Part shown: positions 1 to 7,411 of the stretch, piece after piece | Numbering within the stretch: the stretch's first letter is position 1 | Layout: each line of letters starts with the position of its first letter | IMG/VR virus record: IMGVR_UViG_3300028388_003908 | Coordinates: 1 to 64,000 of that record | Length of the DNA: 64,000 nt | Source: a virus | Reading direction: 5' to 3' (one strand) | Made by a program: the position numbers and the translations under genes | Notes under the pieces: model-generated | What the model was told of the DNA's origin: nothing | Seen by the model: only the letters and a program-made list of their open reading frames with translations | Databases searched by the model: none

Positions 1-143
1 GGAAGATCTTTCTTGTGTATCTCGTCTAGTATTAGTACTACTATGATTTAGACGATAAGTAAGAGTAGAAGGAGAGAGAGAAGTAGGATCGAGATATCCA
101 TCTCTCTCTCTTCTTCTCTCTTCTATTATCTAAGTTAGATCTA

Positions 144-156
144 TTAACTCTCTTAT
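144..156 (+). promoter_or_regulatory. putative phage late promoter (TA[AG]-N4-6-(T)TTAT class)
   Basis: TTAACTCTCTTAT upstream of ORF 205. A similar motif precedes several structural genes. Confidence 0.4.
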
Positions 157-204
157 AGAAGATCCTTATCTAAAAGGATAAGACGAGAGATAAGGAGAGA
201 TCTG

Positions 205-552
205 ATGACAAGAAGAACAAGAGGAGGAGAGAATCATGTATCTCTCGCTCTATGGACAGATGAGCTAGGTAGATCTCTAGCTGTTGAACAAGTACAAGCG
301 ACCTTGATCTATCTAGATGGAGATCAAGGAGGCGCTCGGGTTGTGATTGAAGGTCCTATCGCTATGACTCAATCTGAGCAGTCTCATAAGTACACCGCTC
401 TGTTTGCTATACCTAAGACGACCTATGATGGTAAGGTCTTATCTGTAGAGCAAGAGGCTGTCTTAACGGCTGATCAGTCTAGTCTCTATAAGATCGAGAC
501 GATTTGGGTTGACGCGCCCCTAGATAATCAGACCATGAAAGTGAGCTTCTAA
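205..552 (+). CDS. hypothetical protein, possibly virion structural (beta-rich)
   Basis: 115 aa ORF with an AAGGAG SD. Coupled to the next ORF by a TAATG overlap. Confidence 0.7.
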   Translation: MTRRTRGGENHVSLALWTDELGRSLAVEQVQATLIYLDGDQGGARVVIEGPIAMTQSEQSHKYTALFAIPKTTYDGKVLSVEQEAVLTADQSSLYKIETIWVDAPLDNQTMKVSF

Positions 553-884
553 TGGCTGTCGCCTTTACTCAGAGCACACAGCTAGGTCCTGATGATCTAT
601 CCGTCACGCTAAGGGGTCAAAACGGGGCGTTTATAGACCCACACGCTATCTCGTACTCGTTCTATGGGGAAGCCTCAAATAAAGGGGTTTCTCGTGATTA
701 TCTGATAGGGGCTGAGTATCGAGAGCCTGTACGCGCTTCGGAGGGTGTCTATTATGTGGGAGAGAAGATCGGGTCAGCCTTCTTAGTAGGTTCTTACTAC
801 GTCCAATGGATTATCCGAAGAACCCCGACCTCTCCCCTAGAGGTCATAGGTAAGACCTACTTTGCGGTCTACCGAGAGGATTAA
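552..884 (+). CDS. hypothetical protein, possibly Ig-like virion protein
   Basis: 110 aa ORF with a beta-strand pattern (GVYYV...GSYYVQW). Confidence 0.7.
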   Translation: MAVAFTQSTQLGPDDLSVTLRGQNGAFIDPHAISYSFYGEASNKGVSRDYLIGAEYREPVRASEGVYYVGEKIGSAFLVGSYYVQWIIRRTPTSPLEVIGKTYFAVYRED

Positions 885-989
885 ATACCTCTCCAATCAA
901 TCCTCTGCCCGCTAGGGATATTAAAGTACATCCTAACGTGGTTAGAGTATAGGTAATATAATAAGATGAGAACACGAAGGAGACACAAC

Positions 990-1262
990 ATGGTTGAAAA
1001 CTTTGAAGATGACGTTCTTTTACTTGAGCCTAGAGGGCGTTTTGACGCTTGTCTGATAGGCAGATGCGCTGACACAGGAAAAGCCGTCTACAGCGCAGAT
1101 AAGATTATCTCAGCCCTCATGGAAGACATGAGATGGGAAGAAGACGAGGAGATGACAGAGGAGACGGCTTACGACATGGCTTTGGAGTATTTCGATTTCA
1201 ATATCCGAAGCTCTTATGCTGGAGAGATGACCCCTCTATATGTGTGGAATCTCATTTCTTAG
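990..1262 (+). CDS. conserved phage hypothetical protein
   Basis: AAGGAG SD precedes ATG 990, a better start than 966. The pattern FDACLIG...VYS.DKII...ALEYFDFNI...YAGEMTP is recalled from a widespread phage family of unknown function. Confidence 0.75.
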   Translation: MVENFEDDVLLLEPRGRFDACLIGRCADTGKAVYSADKIISALMEDMRWEEDEEMTEETAYDMALEYFDFNIRSSYAGEMTPLYVWNLIS

Positions 1263-1273
1263 TTCAAAAATCC

Positions 1274-1301
1274 TTGACCTCATTTAGGTCCTTTGTATAG
1301 T
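1274..1301 (+). promoter_or_regulatory. sigma70-like promoter of tRNA-Arg
   Basis: TTGACC-16 nt-TATAGT. TATAGT also precedes tRNA-Tyr (7165) and tRNA-Glu (18276). Confidence 0.6.
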
Positions 1302-1315
1302 GAAGTACGCACTAA

Positions 1316-1389
<74 letters not shown>

Positions 1390-1417
1390 ATTCTAGTCTG
1401 TCGGGGATTAGAAACTT

Positions 1418-1471
1418 AAAAGGCTAGAGACATGAGGCGTTGACCCGCGCCCTTGTCTCTAGCCTTTTTTT
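1418..1471 (+). terminator. intrinsic terminator with long structured loop
   Basis: Stem AAAAGGCTAGAGACA/TGTCTCTAGCCTTTT followed by a T-run. Confidence 0.75.
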
Positions 1472-1479
1472 ATGTGCTC

Positions 1480-1633
1480 AATCATTTAAGACCTTTGATG
1501 TCGACAAACTCGACACCGCCCTCCTCGTCTACGCGATAGAGCGCGACCTGACGGCGGTTATGAGAATATCCTTTGAGCTTATGCCAACGATCTGTACCGC
1601 TCAGAGAAGGCATGGTCCAGACGCGACACCCGT
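1480..1633 (-). pseudogene. orphan copy of the 3' end of the metallophosphoesterase gene (2271..3698)
   Basis: Matches 2269..2431 apart from 7 transitions and a 9-nt in-frame indel. Confidence 0.9.
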
Positions 1634-1728
1634 ATGTGCGAGGTCTCATTTCTTAGAGCAATCGTTTTTTTTTTATTTATGAGCGCTCTAGCAGAGCAAT
1701 CATGTCAACATGAGAAAGGATCTTTCAC

Positions 1729-2187
1729 ATGAGAAGAACAGCCAGTGAAGTAATCAGAGATTTGGAGATGCGCGTAGCGCGCCTTGAAAGACGGGCGACA
1801 GTTAATGGGATTGTAGGCGGGTTCGCTGTCAATCCAGGTTCCCCTTACTTTAAGGTTAAGGAGAAAACTTGGTCTAATGCTTCAGATTTTTTTAAAGATG
1901 TAAAATCTTTGCTCAAGATCAAGATCTATGATCGTCAGATGGAGGAGGACGTTAGTTTTACACACATCCTCGTATCGGGCGGTAGGACCTTCTATGAGTC
2001 TAAGATTAAGCCAGGTGATGCTATAATGTTCGCGGCCACTAATCATGACGATGAGAGAGACCAGAGTGGAGATCCTTTCCTTATTGTGTCTCAAGAGTCC
2101 TTGATAAATAACCTAGGAATAACGGAGTCGATGCTAAAGAAAGTTCTCGCAAAGAACCTCCCCGGAGCCGACCTCTATTATCTATGA
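1729..2187 (+). CDS. MRRTASE-leader cassette protein 1
   Basis: N-terminus MRRTASEVIRDLEMRVARLE is shared with 4273 and 24532. GAAAGGA SD. Confidence 0.85.
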   Translation: MRRTASEVIRDLEMRVARLERRATVNGIVGGFAVNPGSPYFKVKEKTWSNASDFFKDVKSLLKIKIYDRQMEEDVSFTHILVSGGRTFYESKIKPGDAIMFAATNHDDERDQSGDPFLIVSQESLINNLGITESMLKKVLAKNLPGADLYYL

Positions 2188-2190
2188 GGA

Positions 2191-2227
2191 TAAGGGGTTG
2201 ACGATTTAATAGGTCGTCAACTTTTTT
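2191..2227 (+). terminator. cassette terminator (copy 1)
   Basis: GTTGACGAT/GGTCGTCAAC hairpin plus T-run. Near-identical to 4725..4766. Confidence 0.8.
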
Positions 2228-2268
2228 CGGCTAAGAATCCTTGGGTCTTCTGATCGCGCTCTGAGAGT

Positions 2269-2431
2269 AATCATTTAAGACCTTTGATGCCGACAAATTC
2301 GACACCGCCGACACCGCCTTCCTCGTCTACGCGATAGAGCGCGATCTGACGGCGGTTATGAGAATATCCTTTGAGCTTGTGCCAGCGATCTGTACCACTC
2401 AGAGAAGGCATGGTCCAGACGCGACACCCGT
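2269..2431. repeat. direct repeat partner of 1480..1633
   Basis: Direct alignment by eye. Confidence 0.9.
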
Positions 2432-3698
2432 TGTACTCGTCCGATCTCATCTTGTGTCCGTGCCAGTGACCTGTGAACCAATCCCAAGCTCCCTTGCACT
2501 CCCCCCAATCTTGAGCGCGATCCGATGACATGAGCGCAGGTAAATCCTTAGGGGAGATCATGTCCCCATGATTGAAGCCGATCATGGAGTTACCATGTCG
2601 TACATACGCGCTTCCGTGCTTGGCTATGTCTATGTCAATCCTGTCGTCTGATCCGTAGCGCGCTGATAACATCAAACCTACGCTTAACCCTAAGAGACGG
2701 TCGTGATTTCCAGGGATAGCGACCACACGAACTGGAGCGACCTCTTTAAGCCCTTCGATGATCTGCTCTAACAGAGTAAACGCGACCAACAACATCTCTA
2801 TAGGCTCTCCGTCTTGATCTTGAGGGGTGCCTTTTGTGGTCGTACCGAGATAATTATCCACATGGATCATGTCACTACCGCAGGGTAGAATCCACATCTT
2901 AGGCGCGCCCCATTTAGCGACCGCTTGTCTCATCGCCTCTAAACAAGTCTCGACAGCGACCTTTTGAGTAGTCTCAAGATCCCAACCGCAGACGCCTCGC
3001 TTACCTACATGAAGATCCGTTAGACCGATGATCACAGCGTGAGCGCCCTGCTCTAAATACATCTCCATCTTGATGGTCTTGGCTGCCGGTCTTTGACCTA
3101 GTATCTGCTCAAGACGAGGGAGCAGGATCTTCTCTATGATCTCATATTTCTCCGCTTGTCTCGTCATGTGCTTGTAATGAGCGCGCTCTGCCTTGACCAA
3201 CACCCTCTGCTCTTTAGCTCGCAGTAGCGATTCAGCTAAGCTCTCCTCGTCTTCTGTGGCTATCGTCTCGTCTGTATAAGGGGTAGAATCATGTGTCTTA
3301 CCAAGACATTTTAAGATGTAAATTAGCGATGGTCTAGAGAGACCGTATTTACGACAAACCGCGTTAAGAGAGAGACCTCCGGTGTGATTGGAGTAATCCC
3401 AAATCAACGCCTCGATCTTCTCCTTTGAGACAGACGCGCTACCTGTCTGACCCGGCATAGAATGGAAAATGTAAAGACCTCTCGCCTCGTCAAACGTATA
3501 TGACGCGCTCTCTTTAGAGAAGAAATCCGTGCTTGTTTCCTCCTTTTCTTTTTCTGAAGGTATCGTTCTGTACGCATATTTATTGGTGTAGATCTTCTTG
3601 CGCTCTAGCTTACCTTTACGACCCCAATCTGTGATTGTGTGTCTGCTGACCTTTAGTATTTTAGCAAGCTCTTGGCAACCGTACCATTTCCTGTCCAT
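2271..3698 (-). CDS. N-terminal HTH plus calcineurin-like metallophosphoesterase/nuclease
   Basis: Motifs DLHVG, GSDMIHVDN, PGNHD, NHGD and TGHWH. MerR/excisionase-like HTH at the N-terminus. AGGAGG SD. Confidence 0.85.
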   Translation of the reverse strand: MDRKWYGCQELAKILKVSRHTITDWGRKGKLERKKIYTNKYAYRTIPSEKEKEETSTDFFSKESASYTFDEARGLYIFHSMPGQTGSASVSKEKIEALIWDYSNHTGGLSLNAVCRKYGLSRPSLIYILKCLGKTHDSTPYTDETIATEDEESLAESLLRAKEQRVLVKAERAHYKHMTRQAEKYEIIEKILLPRLEQILGQRPAAKTIKMEMYLEQGAHAVIIGLTDLHVGKRGVCGWDLETTQKVAVETCLEAMRQAVAKWGAPKMWILPCGSDMIHVDNYLGTTTKGTPQDQDGEPIEMLLVAFTLLEQIIEGLKEVAPVRVVAIPGNHDRLLGLSVGLMLSARYGSDDRIDIDIAKHGSAYVRHGNSMIGFNHGDMISPKDLPALMSSDRAQDWGECKGAWDWFTGHWHGHKMRSDEYNGCRVWTMPSLSGTDRWHKLKGYSHNRRQIALYRVDEEGGVGGVEFVGIKGLK

Positions 3699-3788
3699 GT
3701 AGACCTCCTAGGACTATAAAGGATGTCTAACATCAGATATATAAGTACATAATATAAGCTACTCAAGCAGGAAAGGATAAAACACTCG

Positions 3789-4217
3789 ATGGAAGCTCTG
3801 CTCAAAGGTACGCTTAAAATCATAGATGTTGAGATAAATCCTAGACATTTACTTAATCTAGCATTACTCGCCGGCAAAGAAGGATTAACCCCTCTACCTG
3901 AGGATAAAAGGCATCTAACGGTCATACATCAGTCCGTCTTAAAAGACCTCTCCAAGCGCGTAAAGAAAGGCTATCAGATGGTCTTAAACGATCTACCTGA
4001 GATCTCTCTAGATAAGGCGACATACATGGTCGTGTCACATGAAGATCGAAAGACCTTGAGACTCGTCTTATCAGAGGAAGATCAGGTATCTCTCGGGTTA
4101 TGGCGTGATCTGTTTTGTGAGAATAATGGGGTCGTCTTAGATGATCTTGAGCGCAACAGGATCTTTCACATATCCTACGCTAACGTGACCGGTAATGTCT
4201 CGGATTCTGTCCGATAG
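3789..4217 (+). CDS. 2H phosphoesterase family protein (Acb1/T4 57B-like candidate)
   Basis: Two Hx[T/S] motifs (RHLTV, FHISY) about 85 aa apart in a 142 aa protein. Confidence 0.65.
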   Translation: MEALLKGTLKIIDVEINPRHLLNLALLAGKEGLTPLPEDKRHLTVIHQSVLKDLSKRVKKGYQMVLNDLPEISLDKATYMVVSHEDRKTLRLVLSEEDQVSLGLWRDLFCENNGVVLDDLERNRIFHISYANVTGNVSDSVR

Positions 4218-4272
4218 TTTTTTTTCATTTATGAGCTCTCTGAAAGAGCAACCATAACGAAAGGATCTTCCT

Positions 4273-4674
4273 ATGAGAAGAACAGCCAGTGAAGTCCTAA
4301 GAAGCCTTGAGATGCGCGTAGCGCGCCTTGAGAATCGTAAGACCGCTTACTCAAAGCAAGCCATGAATCTCCAAGACCTCAGTGATTTTACCTATGATGA
4401 ATTGCAGGAACGGGAAGCCCGCATGGAACGAAAGAAGCTAGAGCAAATCAGGAAGCTCTCTAAACTTCTTAGAAGACACAGGATTGTTCACAATGTGAAC
4501 TTAGATTATAATAGTATCAGCACCAAAACCTCTCCAGAAGAGTTAGCCTCTCTTTTCGACGGTAATTGGACGGCCCGTAACGAAACCCTCTACATTCCTG
4601 GCTTTAAGGAAATGTTCTATGTGCAGAAAACGCGGACTGGTTGGGAGATTTTCGTTGAGATTTTGCTGTACTGA
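4273..4674 (+). CDS. MRRTASE-leader cassette protein 2
   Basis: N-terminus MRRTASEVLRSLEMRVARLE. Upstream and downstream flanks are homologous to cassette 1. Confidence 0.85.
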   Translation: MRRTASEVLRSLEMRVARLENRKTAYSKQAMNLQDLSDFTYDELQEREARMERKKLEQIRKLSKLLRRHRIVHNVNLDYNSISTKTSPEELASLFDGNWTARNETLYIPGFKEMFYVQKTRTGWEIFVEILLY

Positions 4675-4724
4675 TCAAGTTTGCTACTGATTCAGTGTAA
4701 AAGAGGTCGTGAGTACAGAGCACA

Positions 4725-4766
4725 TAAGGGGTTGACGATTAAAAAGATCGTCAACCCTTTTTTTTT
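4725..4766 (+). terminator. cassette terminator (copy 2)
   Basis: AGGGGTTGACGAT/ATCGTCAACCCTT hairpin plus T-run. Confidence 0.85.
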
Positions 4767-4811
4767 ATTGCAGGGTGCAGAGCGCTGTACTATAAGAGAG
4801 CTACCCATTAA

Positions 4812-4884
4812 GGGCCTTTAGCTCAGAGGTTAGAGCATCCGGCTCATAACCGGACGGTCCTCGGTTCAAGCCCGAGAGGGCCCA
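4812..4884 (+). tRNA. trnI: tRNA with CAT anticodon, probably Ile2 (lysidine type)
   Basis: Acceptor GGGCCTT/AGGGCCC and anticodon arm TCCGG-CTCATAA-CCGGA. It lacks initiator features; Ile2 versus elongator Met is judged by resemblance only. Confidence 0.9.
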
Positions 4885-4919
4885 CTTCTTTGAAATCTCC
4901 GGTCAGTAATTTAAAATCT

Positions 4920-5052
4920 CTAAGGGGAGATATTATCCCCTTAGGTAGCTCTTGGGTTATGCGTCTACGGTGGTCGGCAATACAGGCTTAAATCAGTACG
5001 GTCTGGTGGCACTTTGGGGATTAACCGCAAAGACAGTCAGACGCGCTAGTCC
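4920..5052 (+). ncRNA. unassigned structured RNA segment
   Basis: Hairpin CTAAGGGGA/TCCCCTTAG, then a long-range stem GGGTTA-GCGTCT...AGACGC-TAGTCC enclosing a CTTTG/CAAAG hairpin. No ORF. Confidence 0.45.
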
Positions 5053-5154
5053 TCCTTGCTCTTGTTGTTCCGAAGAGTAGAGCGAAAACGGAACGCTTAT
5101 GTGAAAGCGCTAAAGGTCAGCGTCTAAGAAGGTTCGATTCCTTCCTTTCGCTCT
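5052..5154 (+). ncRNA. pseudoknotted tRNA-like RNA, copy 1 (manA-like)
   Basis: GCTCTT-gttgttccg-AAGAGT hairpin whose loop pairs with CGGAAC. Closing stem AGAGCGAAA/TTTCGCTCT. T-arm GAAGG-TTCGATT-CCTTC. Confidence 0.7.
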
Positions 5155-5235
5155 CAAGAGAGGATCATCTTTGTTGTTGGGGTGTGTTTAAATCTCTCTT
5201 GAATAGTCTCTTCCTGTTGCTGTGAGGGCAGGATT

Positions 5236-5338
5236 CTCCTTTCCCGTTGTTCCGTGGGATTGAGACGAAAAACGGAGCGCTTATGTAGAAGCGTAGATTG
5301 CTACATCCTAACGGGCTCGATACCCGGCTTCTGCGTCA
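5236..5338 (+). ncRNA. pseudoknotted tRNA-like RNA, copy 2 (manA-like)
   Basis: Same architecture with covarying stems (TCCC/GGGA; CGGG-CTCGATA-CCCG). Ends CCGGCTTCTGCGTCAC. Confidence 0.7.
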
Positions 5339-5354
5339 CACACACACACACACA
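5337..5354 (+). repeat. (CA)9 microsatellite abutting the SD
   Basis: CACACACACACACACACA directly followed by AGGAG. Confidence 0.95.
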
Positions 5355-5365
5355 AGGAGACATAT

Positions 5366-5572
5366 ATGTCCGAAAAGAGCAGTAAGAACGGTTACGAGGT
5401 TCGTGAAAACCTACTTAGCATGGCTATCGGAATACTCTCTGAGCGCGATAATAAAGAGCGCGAGAATGAGTATCTGAAGCCCGAAGGTCAGCGTCAGCCT
5501 ATCAAAGGCTATGATCTTGAGGAGGTGTTGGCGACTGCTGAGAAGCTATACGGCTTTGTAAGCAGAAAGTAA
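5366..5572 (+). CDS. small conserved phage protein (KNGYEVR...AEKLYGFV type)
   Basis: 68 aa with a strong SD. The pattern is recalled from phage hypothetical proteins. Confidence 0.8.
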   Translation: MSEKSSKNGYEVRENLLSMAIGILSERDNKERENEYLKPEGQRQPIKGYDLEEVLATAEKLYGFVSRK

Positions 5573-5606
5573 CCTGCTGAGGAGGTAAAACTCCTCCCCT
5601 AAATAT

Positions 5607-5679
5607 GCGATCATAGCTCAGTTGGTAGAGCATCGGTCTTACAAACCGAGGGTCACAGGTTCAAGCCCTGTTGGTCGCA
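5607..5679 (+). tRNA. trnV: tRNA-Val(TAC)
   Basis: Acceptor GCGATCA/TGGTCGC and anticodon arm TCGGT-CTTACAA-ACCGA. Confidence 0.95.
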
Positions 5680-5681
5680 CT

Positions 5682-5734
5682 AGCTCTAGTCTTTTTTCCT
5701 TTCCTGAGCGTTAGACAAGGGCTAGAGCTTTTTT
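5682..5734 (+). terminator. long-loop terminator hairpin
   Basis: AGCTCTAGTC...GGCTAGAGCT plus T-run. Confidence 0.7.
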
Positions 5735-5762
5735 AATAAACTGACCGAAGGTAAATCACTGA

Positions 5763-6137
5763 ATGAACATAACCCAATGCCTAGAACAGCATGACGTTTT
5801 TCATGTCGATAAGGAAGAACACGCGCAGGCATATCTGCTCGATATTGACGGCTTGTTCTATCTCTCTATCTATTTCGGAAAAGACGCCTGCTCCTCTCAT
5901 AGTGACAGAGAAGCGTTATTGCCTTTAGAGGATTATCTTGAGTTTGAGGTAGCGTTCATAGACGATGGTTTTAAGCCTCTTCATGTAAGCTCTCTCATAC
6001 GAGAACACGGCACAGGTCAAGAACAATCTCTATTGGATCTGTTTGATCTTAACGATAGAGGCATGGAGATCTTGCCTTTCGTGTCTATAGAGAGCGCGAT
6101 GAAGATTAAAGACGCTCTGATTCGCATCTTGTCATAA
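5763..6137 (+). CDS. hypothetical protein
   Basis: 124 aa ORF with a GAAGG SD. Confidence 0.7.
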   Translation: MNITQCLEQHDVFHVDKEEHAQAYLLDIDGLFYLSIYFGKDACSSHSDREALLPLEDYLEFEVAFIDDGFKPLHVSSLIREHGTGQEQSLLDLFDLNDRGMEILPFVSIESAMKIKDALIRILS

Positions 6138-6192
6138 TATAAAGTAGAGACAGCGGGTTCATGTCGAACCCTACTAGACGTAAAGGATAAAC

Positions 6193-6708
6193 GTGACACG
6201 CAAAATCCTGATTCTAATGATCTCGTCTGCGCTCTGCTTCTCTTGCACCAAGAGTCCATGCCAAGATTCCATTTATCATATACTTGATGACACGGTGCAG
6301 ATGGGTGAGTCTAAAGAGACCGCCATCTCCAAGGCTAAGAGCGCGTTCGGAGACAAGGCTAAATATGATTTCCAATCCGACGGATCCTTCCTCGTCTTCT
6401 TTAAGAAGCCTTACGAGAATCTACAGCTACTCTCGTATCATTTTAGAGACGACAAGGTCGTAAGAATCGCTTTTCTCTATCACGAGGATTACATCAAGGA
6501 GATAGGCGGCCCTTATGTTGGACTCGCGGAGATAGTCGAGCGATACAAGGGTAAATATGGCTCTCTTAGCTCTAAGAGTATGAATGAGTCCGAGGGCACT
6601 CTAAGCGCAGAATGGGGCTATGATTCATCGGGGATGAAGCTCAGTCTAATGGCTAAAGGTACGCCCGAGATGATTGTCACTAGATTTGATTGCTCTCCTA
6701 TAAACTGA
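6193..6708 (+). CDS. exported protein/putative lipoprotein, paralog of 18483..19043
   Basis: GTG start with an AAGGA SD, hydrophobic signal ending CFSC, and shared AFG, GGP, GM.L and R..C.P blocks. Confidence 0.75.
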   Translation: MTRKILILMISSALCFSCTKSPCQDSIYHILDDTVQMGESKETAISKAKSAFGDKAKYDFQSDGSFLVFFKKPYENLQLLSYHFRDDKVVRIAFLYHEDYIKEIGGPYVGLAEIVERYKGKYGSLSSKSMNESEGTLSAEWGYDSSGMKLSLMAKGTPEMIVTRFDCSPIN

Positions 6709-6716
6709 GACTTCAG

Positions 6717-6726
6717 TATTATAAGA
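6717..6726 (+). promoter_or_regulatory. TAnTATAAGA promoter motif
   Basis: TATTATAAGA. The motif recurs at 4788, 14396, 15724, 16358, 18399, 19123 and 24844. Confidence 0.6.
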
Positions 6727-6731
6727 GATAC

Positions 6732-6808
6732 AGAGCCTCTGACCTTTTCACCTTTTTTACGATTTGAGCGTTGTCTTTTTGGTGCGACAGGTCATAGGCT
6801 CTATTTTT
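6732..6808 (+). ncRNA. putative ~75-nt hairpin sRNA or attenuator
   Basis: AGAGCCT-TGACCT...AGGTCA-AGGCTCT stem with a long loop and T-run, immediately after the promoter motif. Confidence 0.45.
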
Positions 6809-6820
6809 TAAGGATATTAT

Positions 6821-7135
6821 ATGAGAGACAGCACACATGAGATGGTAAAATCCTTGTGGCATTTCACTCTATCTACCATCGGCTGCTCCATTACAGGAGC
6901 GCGAGGGGTCGCATGGCTGATACCCGCCCTGCTCTTTATCTACTTTTTAAGAGCGTATCTGCGTTGGGTAGAGGATGAAGGGGACGAGGTCACCTATCTG
7001 ATAGAAGAGATCAAACAGATGCTCAAGGATAATCCTCCTCAGATCTTAGAGGAGGATAAGCCAAAGGTGAGCGAGCGCGACATGAAGGATTATTACGAGT
7101 ACAAATCACGCAGAAGAAGACGAGCGAGGCGCTAA
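6821..7135 (+). CDS. hypothetical membrane protein
   Basis: AAGGA SD, a hydrophobic segment (VAWLIPALLFIYFL) and an Arg-rich C-terminus. Confidence 0.7.
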   Translation: MRDSTHEMVKSLWHFTLSTIGCSITGARGVAWLIPALLFIYFLRAYLRWVEDEGDEVTYLIEEIKQMLKDNPPQILEEDKPKVSERDMKDYYEYKSRRRRRARR

Positions 7136-7183
7136 AAAAGTCTTGCTCTTTAAGGATTATTCCTTATAGTCAAAAAACCTCAT

Positions 7184-7266
7184 GGGTAGATGGCCGAGTG
7201 GTTAAAGGCATCAGACTGTAAATCTGACCTCTAGCGAGTACGCAGGTTCAAATCCTGCTCTGCCCA
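7184..7266 (+). tRNA. trnY: tRNA-Tyr(GTA)
   Basis: Acceptor GGGTAGA/TCTGCCC, anticodon arm TCAGA-CTGTAAA-TCTGA and a long variable arm. TTGCTC-16-TATAGT promoter at 7143..7170. Confidence 0.95.
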
Positions 7267-7269
7267 TTA

Positions 7270-7352
7270 GTCCCATATCCCCCTCATTAAAGAAAGTTAG
7301 TTTAGGCAAAAGGCTGACTCCTCTTCTTAATTAACGGGATATGGGGCTTTTT
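7270..7352 (+). terminator. long-loop terminator hairpin
   Basis: GTCCCATATCCC...GGGATATGGGGC plus T-run. Confidence 0.6.
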
Positions 7353-7411
7353 ATTATATCAATCAATCTCGTCTGTCATACTCTAAATGCTCTAAAAGAT
7401 TTAGATTGGAG

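Noticed and set aside
1440-1682. 80-aa plus-strand ORF
   Set aside because: It is the antisense reading of the duplicated gene fragment and starts inside a terminator.
1480-2431. Possible DGR template/variable repeat pair at a gene's 3' end
   Set aside because: The differences are transitions in both directions, mostly synonymous and not adenine-specific. No reverse transcriptase is present in the window.
4890-5340. tmRNA, RNase P RNA or SRP RNA
   Set aside because: I found no tmRNA 5' GGGG/Ala acceptor or tag ORF, no RNase P GAGGAAAGTCC core and no SRP helix-8 motif.
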